Below, piece by piece: positions 7,936 to 17,175 of a stretch of DNA of 51,724 nt; position 1 is the first letter of the stretch, and each line of letters opens with the position of its first letter. Under the pieces are notes generated by a model. That model saw only the letters and a list, made by a program, of their open reading frames with translations. It made no database searches and was not told where the DNA came from. The position numbers were made by a program, and so were the translations under genes. The DNA is from Candidatus Zixiibacteriota bacterium (GTDB taxonomy: Bacteria > Zixibacteria > MSB-5A5 > GN15 > FEB-12), in the NCBI GenBank assembly GCA_020346225.1, contig CP070777.1, positions 141,599-193,322 on the forward strand, written 5' to 3'.

Positions 7936-8457
7936 ATGCCATTCATTCTGAAAGCGATCGATGACACGTCGGCGTATGAACAGTTTAAGTCCGTACTTAT
8001 CGTACCGTGCAGATTTTGTCCGGCTGTAAGTGCCGCTGTCAAGAATAACGAACCATACCTTCAGCCCTTTTTCGAACTCTTTAAAACAAAATCGTATGAA
8101 CGATTCATTGCGGACCTGAAAACCCGGCTGCAAAGAAAACGAATCAAGACAGACATATTTAAGAGCTCGTGGATTCACCAATTCGTACTGTGTATGTGGA
8201 CGGAACGAAGACGCAAGGCCCTTAAGAAACTTGCCGGCAAGTACGACGCGCTGATTGTCCTGGGATGCGAAGCGGCAGTACAGACCATTAAGGATGCGGT
8301 CGAACCAAATTCATGCGAGGTTCTTCAGGGAGTTGAGACGGAGGGGATAATGAGTATTCAACCGAGGTTCAATCTTCCCTGTAACCTGTCGCTGGAACTT
8401 GAGAGCGTTTCTCGGTACAAGTATCTGGGGACCCAGGAAGTGGCAAATGCAGGTTAA
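7936..8457 (+). CDS. Cys-motif protein resembling the N-terminal part of MetV / MTHFR C-terminal-domain proteins
   Basis: AGGAGG RBS; VLIVPCRFCPAVS...VLC...YDALIVLGCEAAVQ pattern. Confidence 0.55.
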   Translation: MPFILKAIDDTSAYEQFKSVLIVPCRFCPAVSAAVKNNEPYLQPFFELFKTKSYERFIADLKTRLQRKRIKTDIFKSSWIHQFVLCMWTERRRKALKKLAGKYDALIVLGCEAAVQTIKDAVEPNSCEVLQGVETEGIMSIQPRFNLPCNLSLELESVSRYKYLGTQEVANAG

Positions 8458-8683
8458 GCCTGCCCGACGCCCCCCACTTCCCCAAGCATGCCGCTTTTGC
8501 CGACGATTCTCAGACGATGATCCGTGAAGTTTCAAACCGAGCCGTCGCGGCATGCACAGGCACCTCGGCGCCAACTCGTTATTTTGATTGAATGCCTGAT
8601 TTCGCGAAAAAAGCTTGCTTAAAGACAATGTCAGGACAAGAATATCGGTAAACACACATCCGGTGAGATAGAAAGGACGCGCC

Positions 8684-9118
8684 ATGACTGAAACGAGGAA
8701 TCTGACGGCTCCCTGCGGTTTGGACTGCTTCAATTGTGAAATTTACGAAGACAACTTAACGGACGAGATGGCAGACTTTATTCATGCCAAGATGGGGGTT
8801 CCCAAAGAGCAGATCTCCTGCAAAGGCTGCCGCCGGCAGGACAGCAGTCACTTCCACCTTCCGGCCGATGGTTGCGCGACTCTCAACTGTGCGAAAGAGA
8901 AGGGCGTGGAGTTTTGCTGTGACTGCGGTGACTTCCCTTGCTCGTACCTGGCGCCCCTGGCCGACGGGGCCGGGAGATTCCCGCATAACATGAAACTATT
9001 CAATCTCTGTCGGATCGGGAAGATAGGCGTTGAACGCTGGGCTGCGGAAGAAGCCGGCGAGATCCGCAAGAAGTACTTCACCGGCGAATTTGTTGTTGGA
9101 AAAGGGCAGGCGGATTAA
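8684..9118 (+). CDS. DUF3795 family Cys-rich (putative Fe-S/Zn) protein
   Basis: APCGLDCFNC, CKGCR, C...CAKEKGVEFCCDCGDFPC. Confidence 0.85.
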   Translation: MTETRNLTAPCGLDCFNCEIYEDNLTDEMADFIHAKMGVPKEQISCKGCRRQDSSHFHLPADGCATLNCAKEKGVEFCCDCGDFPCSYLAPLADGAGRFPHNMKLFNLCRIGKIGVERWAAEEAGEIRKKYFTGEFVVGKGQAD

Positions 9119-9216
9119 CACATGGCCTGAGCCTCATCCGGATAATGAATAACGGCTTTATTTAACAGGCATACGGTTTGTCGGCGGGTTTGGTGTAAGA
9201 TGGAGAGCATAATAAA

Positions 9217-9663
9217 ATGATTATACTAATCGGAATCGTGGTGATAATAGTTGGGCTGTTATGCTGGGTAGGTCAGGGGCTCGGTGTCTTCGCGCTGCCG
9301 GTCGCTGTCAGACTCGGGTTTGCCGAACCTGAAGATGAAGTTGACCAATCGCTGTACTTGATTGAGCGATGGGCGCAGGGGATAATGGACGTTCTGCTGA
9401 CCTGGATATTACCCCTTTCGGGATTGCTGATGATTTTGCACAATACTTACTGGCCGGTGTTCGCTCTGGTGGGAGGCGGAATCTACCTGTACTTTCCGGG
9501 TGTATTTATGACCAGCCGGATCGTCCTGAAGAAACACGGCAGGAAAGTCGGGAGCCCTTCATCAGTCACAGCCGCGTATATACTCGGAACCATCTGGATC
9601 GCCTCGGCAACCACCATGGTCGTGCTGGCCGTAATAGAATTGAAATCGGGGACAATTGGATAA
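9217..9663 (+). CDS. hypothetical membrane protein (about 4 TM)
   Basis: 148 aa hydrophobic ORF with GGAG RBS. Confidence 0.7.
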   Translation: MIILIGIVVIIVGLLCWVGQGLGVFALPVAVRLGFAEPEDEVDQSLYLIERWAQGIMDVLLTWILPLSGLLMILHNTYWPVFALVGGGIYLYFPGVFMTSRIVLKKHGRKVGSPSSVTAAYILGTIWIASATTMVVLAVIELKSGTIG

Positions 9664-9771
9664 ACACGTCAAGATAATAACTTATGCCGAAGCCAGCCGC
9701 GAATAAACGGTCAAGACGGCCAGTCCTAACCGGCCGAAGTTACGAAAGAAACAAAAAGAGAGGAGAAGGAG

Positions 9772-9960
9772 ATGGATCAGACCAACCTAAAAAACGATAA
9801 GAGCACCTGGGCTATCGGTGGCGGGTTGCTCATGGGCATTGGCATCGGGTTTTTCTTCCTGACGAAGTCTCCGCTCATCTTCGTCGGATGCATACTTGCC
9901 GGCTTGGGCCTAGGCCTGATGGTAACATCGATAATTTCAAGAGGGCAGGGGTGGGAGTAA
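9772..9960 (+). CDS. small 2-TM Gly-rich membrane protein
   Basis: 62 aa, strong purine-rich RBS, two hydrophobic Gly-rich helices. Confidence 0.7.
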   Translation: MDQTNLKNDKSTWAIGGGLLMGIGIGFFFLTKSPLIFVGCILAGLGLGLMVTSIISRGQGWE

Positions 9961-9978
9961 CAATTGGATGACAGGGTA

Positions 9979-10968
9979 ATGAAAGCAGTCGTTTATACCC
10001 GATACGGCCCGCCGGAGGTGCTTCAGCTTAGAGATGTGGCCAAACCCGTCCCTGAGGACGGTGAGGTACTGGTGAGAGTATTTGCGGCCGCCGCAAACGC
10101 CTATGACTGGCGGCTGTTGGGGGCAAAACCTTACCTGATCCGCCTGATGGGTTTCGGGCTTCTGAAACCGAGAAACAAGATACTCGGGGCCGACATAGCC
10201 GGGCGGGTGGAAGCGGTTGGCAGGAACGTAAAGCGGTTTCAGCCGGGCGATGAGGTGTTCGGAGATATCTCCGAAGACGGTAACGGCGGCTTCGCCGAAT
10301 ATGCTCGTGCCAGCGAGGTTTTTCTGGCGTCGAAACCGGCCAATATCTCGTTTGCGGAAGCGGCGGCCACGCCATTTGCGGCTCTTACCGCCCTGCAGGG
10401 TCTTCGTGATAGAGGGCGGATCCGGCCCGGGCAAAAAGTACTGATCAGCGGGGCCTCCGGCGGTGTAGGGACGTTTGCGGTGCAGATCGCCAAATCTTTC
10501 GGGGCGGAGGTTACGGCAGTGTGCAGCACCCGGAACCTCGATTTGATCCGTTCAATCGGTGCCGACCATGTCATCAATTACACCAGAGAGAATTTCACCA
10601 AGAGCGGACGGCACTATGACCTGATCCTTGCCGTCAACGGACACCATTCGATTGCTGCTTATAAGCGTGCCTTAAGCCCCGGGGGTGTTTATGTCATGGC
10701 CGGCGGCTCCATGTCTCAGTTATACCAGACCACTCTTCTGGGACCGTGGCTTTCCATGGCCGGCAGCAAGAAAATGGGCACCTTCGTGATGAGGCCAAAC
10801 ACTGAGGATTTGCTCTTCGTCAAAGGGCTTCTCGAAGCGGGCAAAATAGTCCCGGTCATAGATAGACGCTACCCGCTGAGCGAGGTTGCCGAGGCTCTAC
10901 GGTATCTTGAACAGGGACACGCCCGGGGAAAAGTCGTAATAACGGTGGCCGGTGACGCCGACGCCTGA
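9979..10968 (+). CDS. NAD(P)-dependent medium-chain dehydrogenase/reductase (quinone reductase-like, zinc-independent)
   Basis: MKAVVYTRYGPPEVL, GADIAG, GASGGVGTFAVQIAK, GHARGKVVI. Confidence 0.92.
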   Translation: MKAVVYTRYGPPEVLQLRDVAKPVPEDGEVLVRVFAAAANAYDWRLLGAKPYLIRLMGFGLLKPRNKILGADIAGRVEAVGRNVKRFQPGDEVFGDISEDGNGGFAEYARASEVFLASKPANISFAEAAATPFAALTALQGLRDRGRIRPGQKVLISGASGGVGTFAVQIAKSFGAEVTAVCSTRNLDLIRSIGADHVINYTRENFTKSGRHYDLILAVNGHHSIAAYKRALSPGGVYVMAGGSMSQLYQTTLLGPWLSMAGSKKMGTFVMRPNTEDLLFVKGLLEAGKIVPVIDRRYPLSEVAEALRYLEQGHARGKVVITVAGDADA

Positions 10969-11048
10969 AAATGCCACTCCCTGGCTTTAGCTTCAGGCGC
11001 CACCCGGGCCCGAAATCGCCGTATAGCGGCCGCCTGTACAGTGCTCGA

Positions 11049-12257
11049 CTAGCGTTCCGTTAGGCGCATCAGCAGGACATCCGTCTCGCCCAGGGCCAGC
11101 GTGTCCCGCGCAAACCCTGTCACCGCATACCTGCCGCGCATGTCTCTGATTATCGAGGTACCCGTGCCGACCAGTCCGATATTCTCGTTCCAGAGTAGAT
11201 TGCCGGACGCATCGAGTTTGGCGACACCGGTGCCGCTGTTCTCGAGGGTGGTGATACCGGTTAAAATAAGCGTCCCGTCGGGATTCTCAGATATGTCCCG
11301 GCAGAGCAGGCCGCTGCCGTCACCGAAACTCTTTTCCCAGACCACCGTGCCGCTAGCGTCAACTTTGAGCACATAGAGCTTCTGGTAGTTCTCCGAGTTG
11401 AAGGAGCGACTGGTGCCGGCCAGCACGAAACCGCCGTCACCGGTTTCGACCGCGGCCAGGGCCTTGTCATCGCCGGCGCCGCCGTAGGTCTCTTCCCATA
11501 CCACACCGCCGGTGTCATCGGTCTTGATCACGAAGACGTCAACATTATTGGTCCCCTCATAATGAACCAGCCCGGCCAGCAGAAAACCGCCGTCAGTAGT
11601 GGCGGTCATGGCATGTGCCCACTCGCGGTCGGGGCGGTCGTAGGTCTTGGACCACATTTCGTTACCTCTCAGATCGGTCCTGACAAGCATGAAGTTGCCG
11701 CTCTCATTGTCGGCGGCGGATAGAGTGTACCCGGAAATGGCGTAGCCGTCGCTCAACACCGCCAGATCGGTGCCCCAATCGAAGGCGGCGGAACCGAAAG
11801 ATCTCTGCCACATGAGACTGCCGCTCGAAGAAACCTTGAGAAGGTAAAAATCATAGCTGTCGGAAAGGGAACTGGTGACACCGGCAACGACAAAGTTGTT
11901 GTCCGCAGCCAGGGCCATTCGCTCGGCATTGTCCTCGCCGCTTCCGCCGAACACCCTCTCCCAGAGCACTCGGCCGGTCGAATCAGTTTTGAGCATATAG
12001 AGCGTGTTTTTGCCGCTGCCGTACGAGTCGGTCGAGCCCGATACGGCTAAGCCGTTGCCCGGCAATTCAATAATCGACGTTCCCCAGTCCCAGCCGGCGC
12101 CCCCGTGGAAGGTGAGAATGTCAGTGGCCAGATGAGCCGTCGTGTCAGCAAGAAACACCTGCTCGTCCTGATCAGAGCTTGTTGGCGAATCATCCGAGCA
12201 GCCTAATAGCAGCACCAGTGGTAAAACCATCAGGCAGACGGACTTTGACATACGCAT
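11049..12257 (-). CDS. lipoprotein with about 50-aa tandem repeats (predicted beta-propeller)
   Basis: Lipobox LLGC; repeats of LKTDxxGxxxWxxxFGGxxxD; GGAGG RBS before the ATG at 12257. Confidence 0.8.
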   Translation of the reverse strand: MRMSKSVCLMVLPLVLLLGCSDDSPTSSDQDEQVFLADTTAHLATDILTFHGGAGWDWGTSIIELPGNGLAVSGSTDSYGSGKNTLYMLKTDSTGRVLWERVFGGSGEDNAERMALAADNNFVVAGVTSSLSDSYDFYLLKVSSSGSLMWQRSFGSAAFDWGTDLAVLSDGYAISGYTLSAADNESGNFMLVRTDLRGNEMWSKTYDRPDREWAHAMTATTDGGFLLAGLVHYEGTNNVDVFVIKTDDTGGVVWEETYGGAGDDKALAAVETGDGGFVLAGTSRSFNSENYQKLYVLKVDASGTVVWEKSFGDGSGLLCRDISENPDGTLILTGITTLENSGTGVAKLDASGNLLWNENIGLVGTGTSIIRDMRGRYAVTGFARDTLALGETDVLLMRLTER

Positions 12258-12450
12258 AGCTATCCTCCATCTGAGAAAGACACGTCTATCTGTGCCGCGA
12301 GGCGGTGTCGGGCGGGTTGCCAAACCTCCTTATTTAATATACGATACAGGGCCATTTTGTGCCGATAAAGTCGTCGCCCGGCGGAAACTGTGCCCGAGTT
12401 TGGCTGTTTTTTCACTGGCCCGCCCAATAGAATCCTCTCATACTGATGTC

Positions 12451-12891
12451 GTGGATGAAATCGAACTCAGACAGGCCACGACTGCTGACAGTGACTTCGC
12501 CTACCGGGTAAAGAAGCTGGCCTTTGGCAGCTATGTTGAGCAGGTCTGGGGCTGGGACGAAGACGAGCAACGACGGCTGCACGAGAAACGCTTTGCCTCA
12601 CAACAGTTCAGAGTGATAGAGTGGTCGGACACGGATGTCGGCATCATAGCCGCCGTTCGAGAAGATGACGGTCTTAAGATCAACCAGCTTTTTGTTCTTC
12701 CGGAGTATCAGGGCAAGGGCATTGGCAGGGCATGCATGAAGCGAATCATCGATGAAGCGGTCGCTTCAAAATCGCCGATCAGGCTCCGGGTGCTAAAGAT
12801 CAACTTTCGGGCCATGGCTTTCTTCGAAAGGCTTGGCTTCAACAGGATCGGCGAAACCGACACTCATATACTGATGGAAAGCCTGCCGTGA
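12451..12891 (+). CDS. GNAT family N-acetyltransferase
   Basis: LFVLPEYQGKGIG acetyl-CoA motif, LRVLKIN.RA..FFERLGF; start uncertain (GTG 12451 chosen). Confidence 0.88.
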   Translation: MDEIELRQATTADSDFAYRVKKLAFGSYVEQVWGWDEDEQRRLHEKRFASQQFRVIEWSDTDVGIIAAVREDDGLKINQLFVLPEYQGKGIGRACMKRIIDEAVASKSPIRLRVLKINFRAMAFFERLGFNRIGETDTHILMESLP

Positions 12892-13004
12892 CCATCTTCA
12901 CACGAGACGGTCACGACATGATGGACCGCCGGGCGCCTAAGCACGAGTGATATAGAACCAGCCAGGCCCGTTCGCACTCCCCGTCACGTAAGCTCGTTGA
13001 TATG

Positions 13005-13038
13005 AAAAGAGGAGACTGGCCGAAGGCCAATCTCCTTT
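13005..13038 (-). terminator. intrinsic terminator for the RRM gene (possibly bidirectional)
   Basis: GGAGA-c-TGGCC-gaa-GGCCA-a-TCTCC hairpin with an A-run on the left and TTT on the right, between convergent genes. Confidence 0.65.
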
Positions 13039-13085
13039 AAGATCAAACCCGCAAGAGGGTTGACGCGGGCTTCATTATGTCGTCG

Positions 13086-13376
13086 TCAGTACGATCTGCC
13101 GTAGCGATTGCCGCCGCTGCGGTTGCCGCTTTCGGTGCGCGGTTTTGCTTCGTTGACATTCAGGGTGCGTCCGTTCAGCTCCTGGCCATTGAGCCCGCTG
13201 ATGGCGGCAATAGCCTCCTTCTTCGCCGACATTTCGACAAACGCGAAACCTCTTGATTCTCCGCTGTACTTGTCCTTAATAATGTTGACGGTTGAAACTT
13301 CACCAAAACCCTGGAAGGCCTGGCGCAGTTGATCTTCTGTCGTGTCAAACGACAGGTTTCCGATGTAGATATTCAT
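13086..13376 (-). CDS. RRM (RNP-1) RNA-binding protein
   Basis: RNP2 IYIGNL, RNP1 RGFAFVEM, LNVNEAKPR, Gly/Arg tail; GGAG RBS. Confidence 0.95.
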   Translation of the reverse strand: MNIYIGNLSFDTTEDQLRQAFQGFGEVSTVNIIKDKYSGESRGFAFVEMSAKKEAIAAISGLNGQELNGRTLNVNEAKPRTESGNRSGGNRYGRSY

Positions 13377-14054
13377 TCTACACTCCGTAGGTGTTTATCC
13401 GGAAGTGAACCGGATTCCTGTGGAACCTGACACTTCAGGATAAGAGACATGTTGCGCATGATTGCGCGGTCAATTCGAGGTTACGTTTTAGCGGAGAGTT
13501 GTGGATTAGACAAAACTACGAAAAAGGTCGAACTCAAATCGATATTAACTTTTCAGTATATCGGTTACCCTGACGAAAACCTACGATTATTTCTCTAAAA
13601 CGCAGTTTATTTTTTGGTGGCATGTCACCAAAACCACGCAAAACCACCCCAATTTGGCCACAATCGGGTGCAAGCCCTTGTGCCACAACGCGTGGGCGCC
13701 AGCTCAGCCTAAGGCCGTTCGGCTTTCCCCCACCATGATTACGACTTTGGCCTGCTGAATCCCGCTGAGTTACTTGGAGAAGTATCGCTTGCTACGAAAA
13801 GCGGCCCCGGTAGCGGTCAGTGCGAATCTTGCGAGCCGGGCGAAAGATACCTCAGCCCGCCCTCGTTCTGTAACTGCGCCTCCCCGACAGCCGTGTTGTC
13901 TTTCGTTTCCCGCAGAAGCCGTCCTATCAATGCAGGCGCAACATCCCGCACAACGACGCGTAAAAACGCCTAGGGAATTCTAGATTGAACCGGCAGCATA
14001 TATCGCAGGGCTGACCATTTCGCGTTGGTCCGCGTCCCCTGAAAGGGGGAGTAC

Positions 14055-14552
14055 ATGAAAAGTAGATTGCTGATGGCTGCTACAGGTCTATCAATGATTC
14101 TGGCAGGAGGTTGTAACCATATGAACGATGAAGCGAATATCGCCGCGGAGAAGGCTGAAATCAGCAGAATCATTCACAGCAGTATCGGCTGGGCGGCGAC
14201 CAAGGATAAGGAGCTGGTTTTCGGCTGCTTTGCCGACGATCCCGAACTGTTCTGGTTCTCTCCCCGGGATGACGGCACCATTCACGGCTACAAGGCGTTC
14301 GTCGACCTGACCGAGGGCTTCTTTATGCTCGATGATTTCAAGGCCATTCGATACGAAGTCAAGGAGCTGCATATAAGCCTGTCCCGGTCGGGCGATGTAG
14401 CCTGGTACCATGCCCGCCTCGATGATTTCAATGAATGGAAGGGCCAACCGGCTAACTGGGAGGATGTCCGCTGGACCGGCGTACTGGAAAAGCGGGACGG
14501 TCGCTGGGTGATTGTGCAGATGCACTTCTCCAGCGCCTCCGATAAGACCTGA
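14055..14552 (+). CDS. SnoaL/NTF2-like family lipoprotein
   Basis: Lipobox LAGGC; SGDVAW, VRWTGVLEKRDGRWVIVQMHFS. Confidence 0.85.
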   Translation: MKSRLLMAATGLSMILAGGCNHMNDEANIAAEKAEISRIIHSSIGWAATKDKELVFGCFADDPELFWFSPRDDGTIHGYKAFVDLTEGFFMLDDFKAIRYEVKELHISLSRSGDVAWYHARLDDFNEWKGQPANWEDVRWTGVLEKRDGRWVIVQMHFSSASDKT

Positions 14553-14665
14553 CGGGGGGGACACCCCGCTGTTGCCCTGATCGCGGCTGGGCCGCGACGG
14601 GTGAACAAACATACGCGCCTTTCGTATCCCAATAGTGGATTTTTGAAATAACCTTGAGGTGACGA

Positions 14666-15841
14666 ATGATCCTTAAAAACAGTCTCAGGCAGAGACCGAG
14701 CAGAACCGTAAACACCGAGCACATTCTACAACTCACCCTGATTCTCATCATGATATCGCTGATTTGCTGCCTTTGTGTATCGTGCGGGAAGGATGATCCG
14801 GTTAGCCCCGAGCCCGAGCCGGAAACCAGCTTCGAGTGGACCATCGCTCCACCCCAGGATCACGGTTTCGATCCTGCCCTGCTGGAAACTCTGACGGATA
14901 GAGTGAGCACCGGGGCCCTTGGCCGTATTACCAGTGTACTCATCGTTCGAAACGGGTATCTCGTGTATGAGGAGTATTTTCGGGGGAATGATAGATATGA
15001 TCTTGTCGAAATCTACTCCTGTACCAAGAGTATCAGTTCGGCTCTGATCGGCATCGCCATCGACGACGGACACATCTCCGCTGTCGACACCAGGCTCTTT
15101 GATTACCTGGACGGGTATACTCTGTTCCCCCCGAATCGAAATGACAGCCTTTACCGGGAGGCCTTGACCCTGGAACACCTGCTGACCATGACGGCCGGGT
15201 TTTCATGGGATGAATCGAGCGTTCCGTACGGAAGTGAGGACAACAGTTACAACCAGATGGTGGCCAGTGATGACTATATACAATACACCCTGAACAGGCC
15301 GATCATTTCCGAACCGGGTACATCGTTCGAGTACAATACCGGTCTGTCCGGGCTCATGGCGGTCGTTCTGGAGAACAGTACCGGGCAGCGGGTGGACCGC
15401 TATGCGCGAGAGAAACTCTTCAGCCGCATCGGCATCGATACGTGTGTCTGGCGTATAACACCGACCGGCGTCCCCATGACCGGAAACGGAATCAATCTCC
15501 GGCCGCGCGACATGGCCAAGTTCGGCTGGCTGTATTCGCGGAACGGCGTGTGGAACGGCGAAACCATCGTGCCGGGCGAGTGGGTGCAAGCATCCCATCA
15601 GCCGCGTGTTGCCGTGCCCGATGGAAGGTCTTACGGGTATCAGTGGTGGCTGGCACCGGCGACCGACGATGAAGGGAATCCGTATTACATTCCTTATGCA
15701 CTCGGCTACGGCGGTCAGCACATCATTGTCCCGCCGGGCACGGATGCCGTTATCGTGGTTACCGCTGACGATGACCAGGATGTCGCTGAACACCACATCG
15801 ATGACATCGTCGAACTCATAGGACAGGCCTTTACGCCCTAG
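14666..15841 (+). CDS. beta-lactamase-family serine hydrolase, lipoprotein
   Basis: SCTK (SxxK), HLLTMTAG, PGTSFEYNT, LRPRDMAKFG, YGYQWW, GYGGQ; lipobox VSC. Confidence 0.88.
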   Translation: MILKNSLRQRPSRTVNTEHILQLTLILIMISLICCLCVSCGKDDPVSPEPEPETSFEWTIAPPQDHGFDPALLETLTDRVSTGALGRITSVLIVRNGYLVYEEYFRGNDRYDLVEIYSCTKSISSALIGIAIDDGHISAVDTRLFDYLDGYTLFPPNRNDSLYREALTLEHLLTMTAGFSWDESSVPYGSEDNSYNQMVASDDYIQYTLNRPIISEPGTSFEYNTGLSGLMAVVLENSTGQRVDRYAREKLFSRIGIDTCVWRITPTGVPMTGNGINLRPRDMAKFGWLYSRNGVWNGETIVPGEWVQASHQPRVAVPDGRSYGYQWWLAPATDDEGNPYYIPYALGYGGQHIIVPPGTDAVIVVTADDDQDVAEHHIDDIVELIGQAFTP

Positions 15842-15927
15842 CGTTCTGGAAACTGAGCTGCATCAAGGCGGCCACGGTCGGCTTTGGCTCCGGCTGGTAT
15901 TGTCGTTTCGGTCAAAGAAGATAATCT

Positions 15928-15956
15928 TTGCATGCAGAACCGTGATTGGCTACACT
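15928..15956 (+). promoter_or_regulatory. putative sigma70 promoter
   Basis: TTGCAT-N17-TACACT directly upstream of the FabH-like gene. Confidence 0.45.
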
Positions 15957-15964
15957 GTTAGCTA

Positions 15965-17146
15965 ATGAAAGCCGGACTTCCGATGGAGAACGAACCCGAT
16001 ACCGCAATGCGGCGATACGGAATGCGGATTGCAGCCATCTCGGCCTACGCCCCGCGAAACAGGATTTCGAACAGGCGAATCGCCGCTCGGCTCCGTTTTG
16101 AACGCATGAGGGTCAATGCTGACCGCCGTCGCCACGGGCTGGGCCCGTTGCAGACCAAGGAGAAGAAGGTCTACGCCACCAGTGATCGCTGGATTCAGCG
16201 CTTCATTGGATTCAAGGAGCGTCGCTTTGCCGCCGAGGGTGAAGGTACTATCGACCTGGCTGCCCGGGCGGCCCTGTTGCTGCTAAACGAAACAGACCTC
16301 AAAGCCTCCGCTGTCGACGGAATCGTTTTTGGCAGTGTCACCCCATCCTACCTCAGCAGTCCACCCGACTCGGCTTTACTTCAGGACCGACTGGGCATCC
16401 TCCCCTTTGACGGCGGACAGCCCCGGGAGTTCTACTGTATAGATTCATCGCTCGCCTGCAGCACCTGGGTAGCCTGTTTGAGACAGGCATATCTTCTTAT
16501 CTCCTCGGGCGCGGTCAGGAACCTGCTGGTTATCGGTGCCGACAAAATGAGTGATGCCATAAACTGGCAGGACAGGGCCTTTGCCACGGTCCTGGGTGAC
16601 GCTGGAACGGTCGCTTGGTGCACGGCCGTTCCGGTCGAGGAGGACTGGTTTGGCCCAGAGCAGTTCTGGAGCTGGGCCAGCGGGCGGGATGGAGATATCA
16701 TCAGTACACCGGTGGGCGGTTCCAAGAGCCCCATCCACTCGTTGTCCGACGTCACCGATTATCGCAACCGCCTGACAATGGATGGCGCCATGGTGAAAGA
16801 GTTGATAGTCCCTCTGGTCGGCGGTCCTGCTGCGAAGGCTGCCCTGCGCAAGGCCGGCTGGACGATGGATATGCTCGATCTGGCGGCGTTGCACGAGGCA
16901 AACCTGGTGCTCAACCAGAGCATTGTCGAGCAATGGTCGGGCAGCGGCTTTCACGGTAAGGTCCTGGACGCCGGCGGAATGTTCGGCAACACCACCACCG
17001 CTTCAATTCCACTCGCTCTGGCTCTCAACGCGGATGCACTGAACGTGGGAAGCCGTTTTATCTGGGCCGCTTTCGGCGGCGGTCTGACGGTCAGCATCGT
17101 GCTCGGACAGATAAGACACGATGTCAGGGTTCTTACGGCGGTGTAA
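15965..17146 (+). CDS. 3-oxoacyl-ACP synthase III (FabH-like) family protein
   Basis: Cys-His-Asn triad: LACST, LHEAN, FGNTTTASIP; LGDAG; AFGGGLT. Start uncertain. Confidence 0.85.
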   Translation: MKAGLPMENEPDTAMRRYGMRIAAISAYAPRNRISNRRIAARLRFERMRVNADRRRHGLGPLQTKEKKVYATSDRWIQRFIGFKERRFAAEGEGTIDLAARAALLLLNETDLKASAVDGIVFGSVTPSYLSSPPDSALLQDRLGILPFDGGQPREFYCIDSSLACSTWVACLRQAYLLISSGAVRNLLVIGADKMSDAINWQDRAFATVLGDAGTVAWCTAVPVEEDWFGPEQFWSWASGRDGDIISTPVGGSKSPIHSLSDVTDYRNRLTMDGAMVKELIVPLVGGPAAKAALRKAGWTMDMLDLAALHEANLVLNQSIVEQWSGSGFHGKVLDAGGMFGNTTTASIPLALALNADALNVGSRFIWAAFGGGLTVSIVLGQIRHDVRVLTAV

Positions 17147-17175
17147 ACGAGCTGCCCGCCGGAAAACCCGAAAGA

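Noticed and set aside
5706-10968. Integron cassette array (many short co-oriented genes)
   Set aside because: No integrase and no convincing repeated attC sites; only isolated TAAC/GTTA words near 9120-9200 and 9675-9745.
13669-13685. sigma54-like TGGCAC...TTGCA on the minus strand
   Set aside because: Spacing is GG-N11-GC, one base too long for sigma54.
13700-14050. Possible riboswitch or ncRNA in the long intergenic region
   Set aside because: No recognisable aptamer consensus or terminator by eye; an Rfam/Infernal scan would be needed.
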